A stretch of DNA of 63,535 nucleotides, the filler included, from Octopus bimaculoides (taxonomy: Eukaryota), in NCBI RefSeq assembly GCF_001194135.2. It is 5 parts of 5 records of this genome, joined end to end, with 100 filler letters (N's around TTAATTAATTAA, not from the genome) between each part and the next. Parts side by side here need not be neighbours in the genome. Positions count along the whole stretch, not along the records: positions 59,216 to 63,535 come from NC_069006.1; 4 more parts are not named here. One strand, given 5' to 3'. Of the stretch, positions 63,462 through 63,535 are shown piece by piece; position 1 is the stretch's first letter, and each line of letters opens with the position of its first letter. The translations under genes were made by a program, and so were the position numbers. The notes beneath the pieces are model-generated. The model made no database searches. It saw only the letters and a program-made list of their open reading frames with translations, and had not been told where the DNA came from.

Positions 63462-63516
63462 CTCTTTTACTCTTTTACTTGTTTCAGTCATTTGACTGTG
63501 GCCATGCTGGAGCGCC
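63460..63516 (-). mobile_element. SINE family B, 3' end
   Basis: ctcttttacttgtttcagtcatttgactgtggccatgctggagc. Confidence 0.8.
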
Positions 63517-63535
63517 GGGCAAAATGCATAGCGTT

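Overview
Eukaryotic, AT-rich, microsatellite-dense, gapped genomic DNA. The SINE families and repeat style point to an octopus genome (probably a short-read Octopus scaffold; this is inference). Two genes are well supported. (1) An intronless-CDS biogenic-amine GPCR on + (16378-17361; beta-octopamine/D1-dopamine/5-HT4-like). (2) The large first coding exon of a GT10 alpha-1,3-fucosyltransferase (FucTA-like) on - (46634-45472), which splices out at a phase-2 GT donor. Its remaining exons are not securely visible. The rest is mostly decayed mobile DNA: three tRNA-derived SINE families, CR1/L2-like, RTE-like and HERO/NeSL-like LINE fragments, a Penelope-like fragment, Tc1/pogo-type MITEs and foldback elements. 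The most unusual signal is a set of minimal type-I hammerhead-ribozyme motifs from several unrelated families (about 9.8, 24.2, 34.9/35.0, 38.6, 42.4/42.5 and 61.4 kb). Two sets form inverted pairs, and one of those sits concentrically inside an inverted SINE pair near the FucT donor. All family assignments were made by eye, with no database searches.
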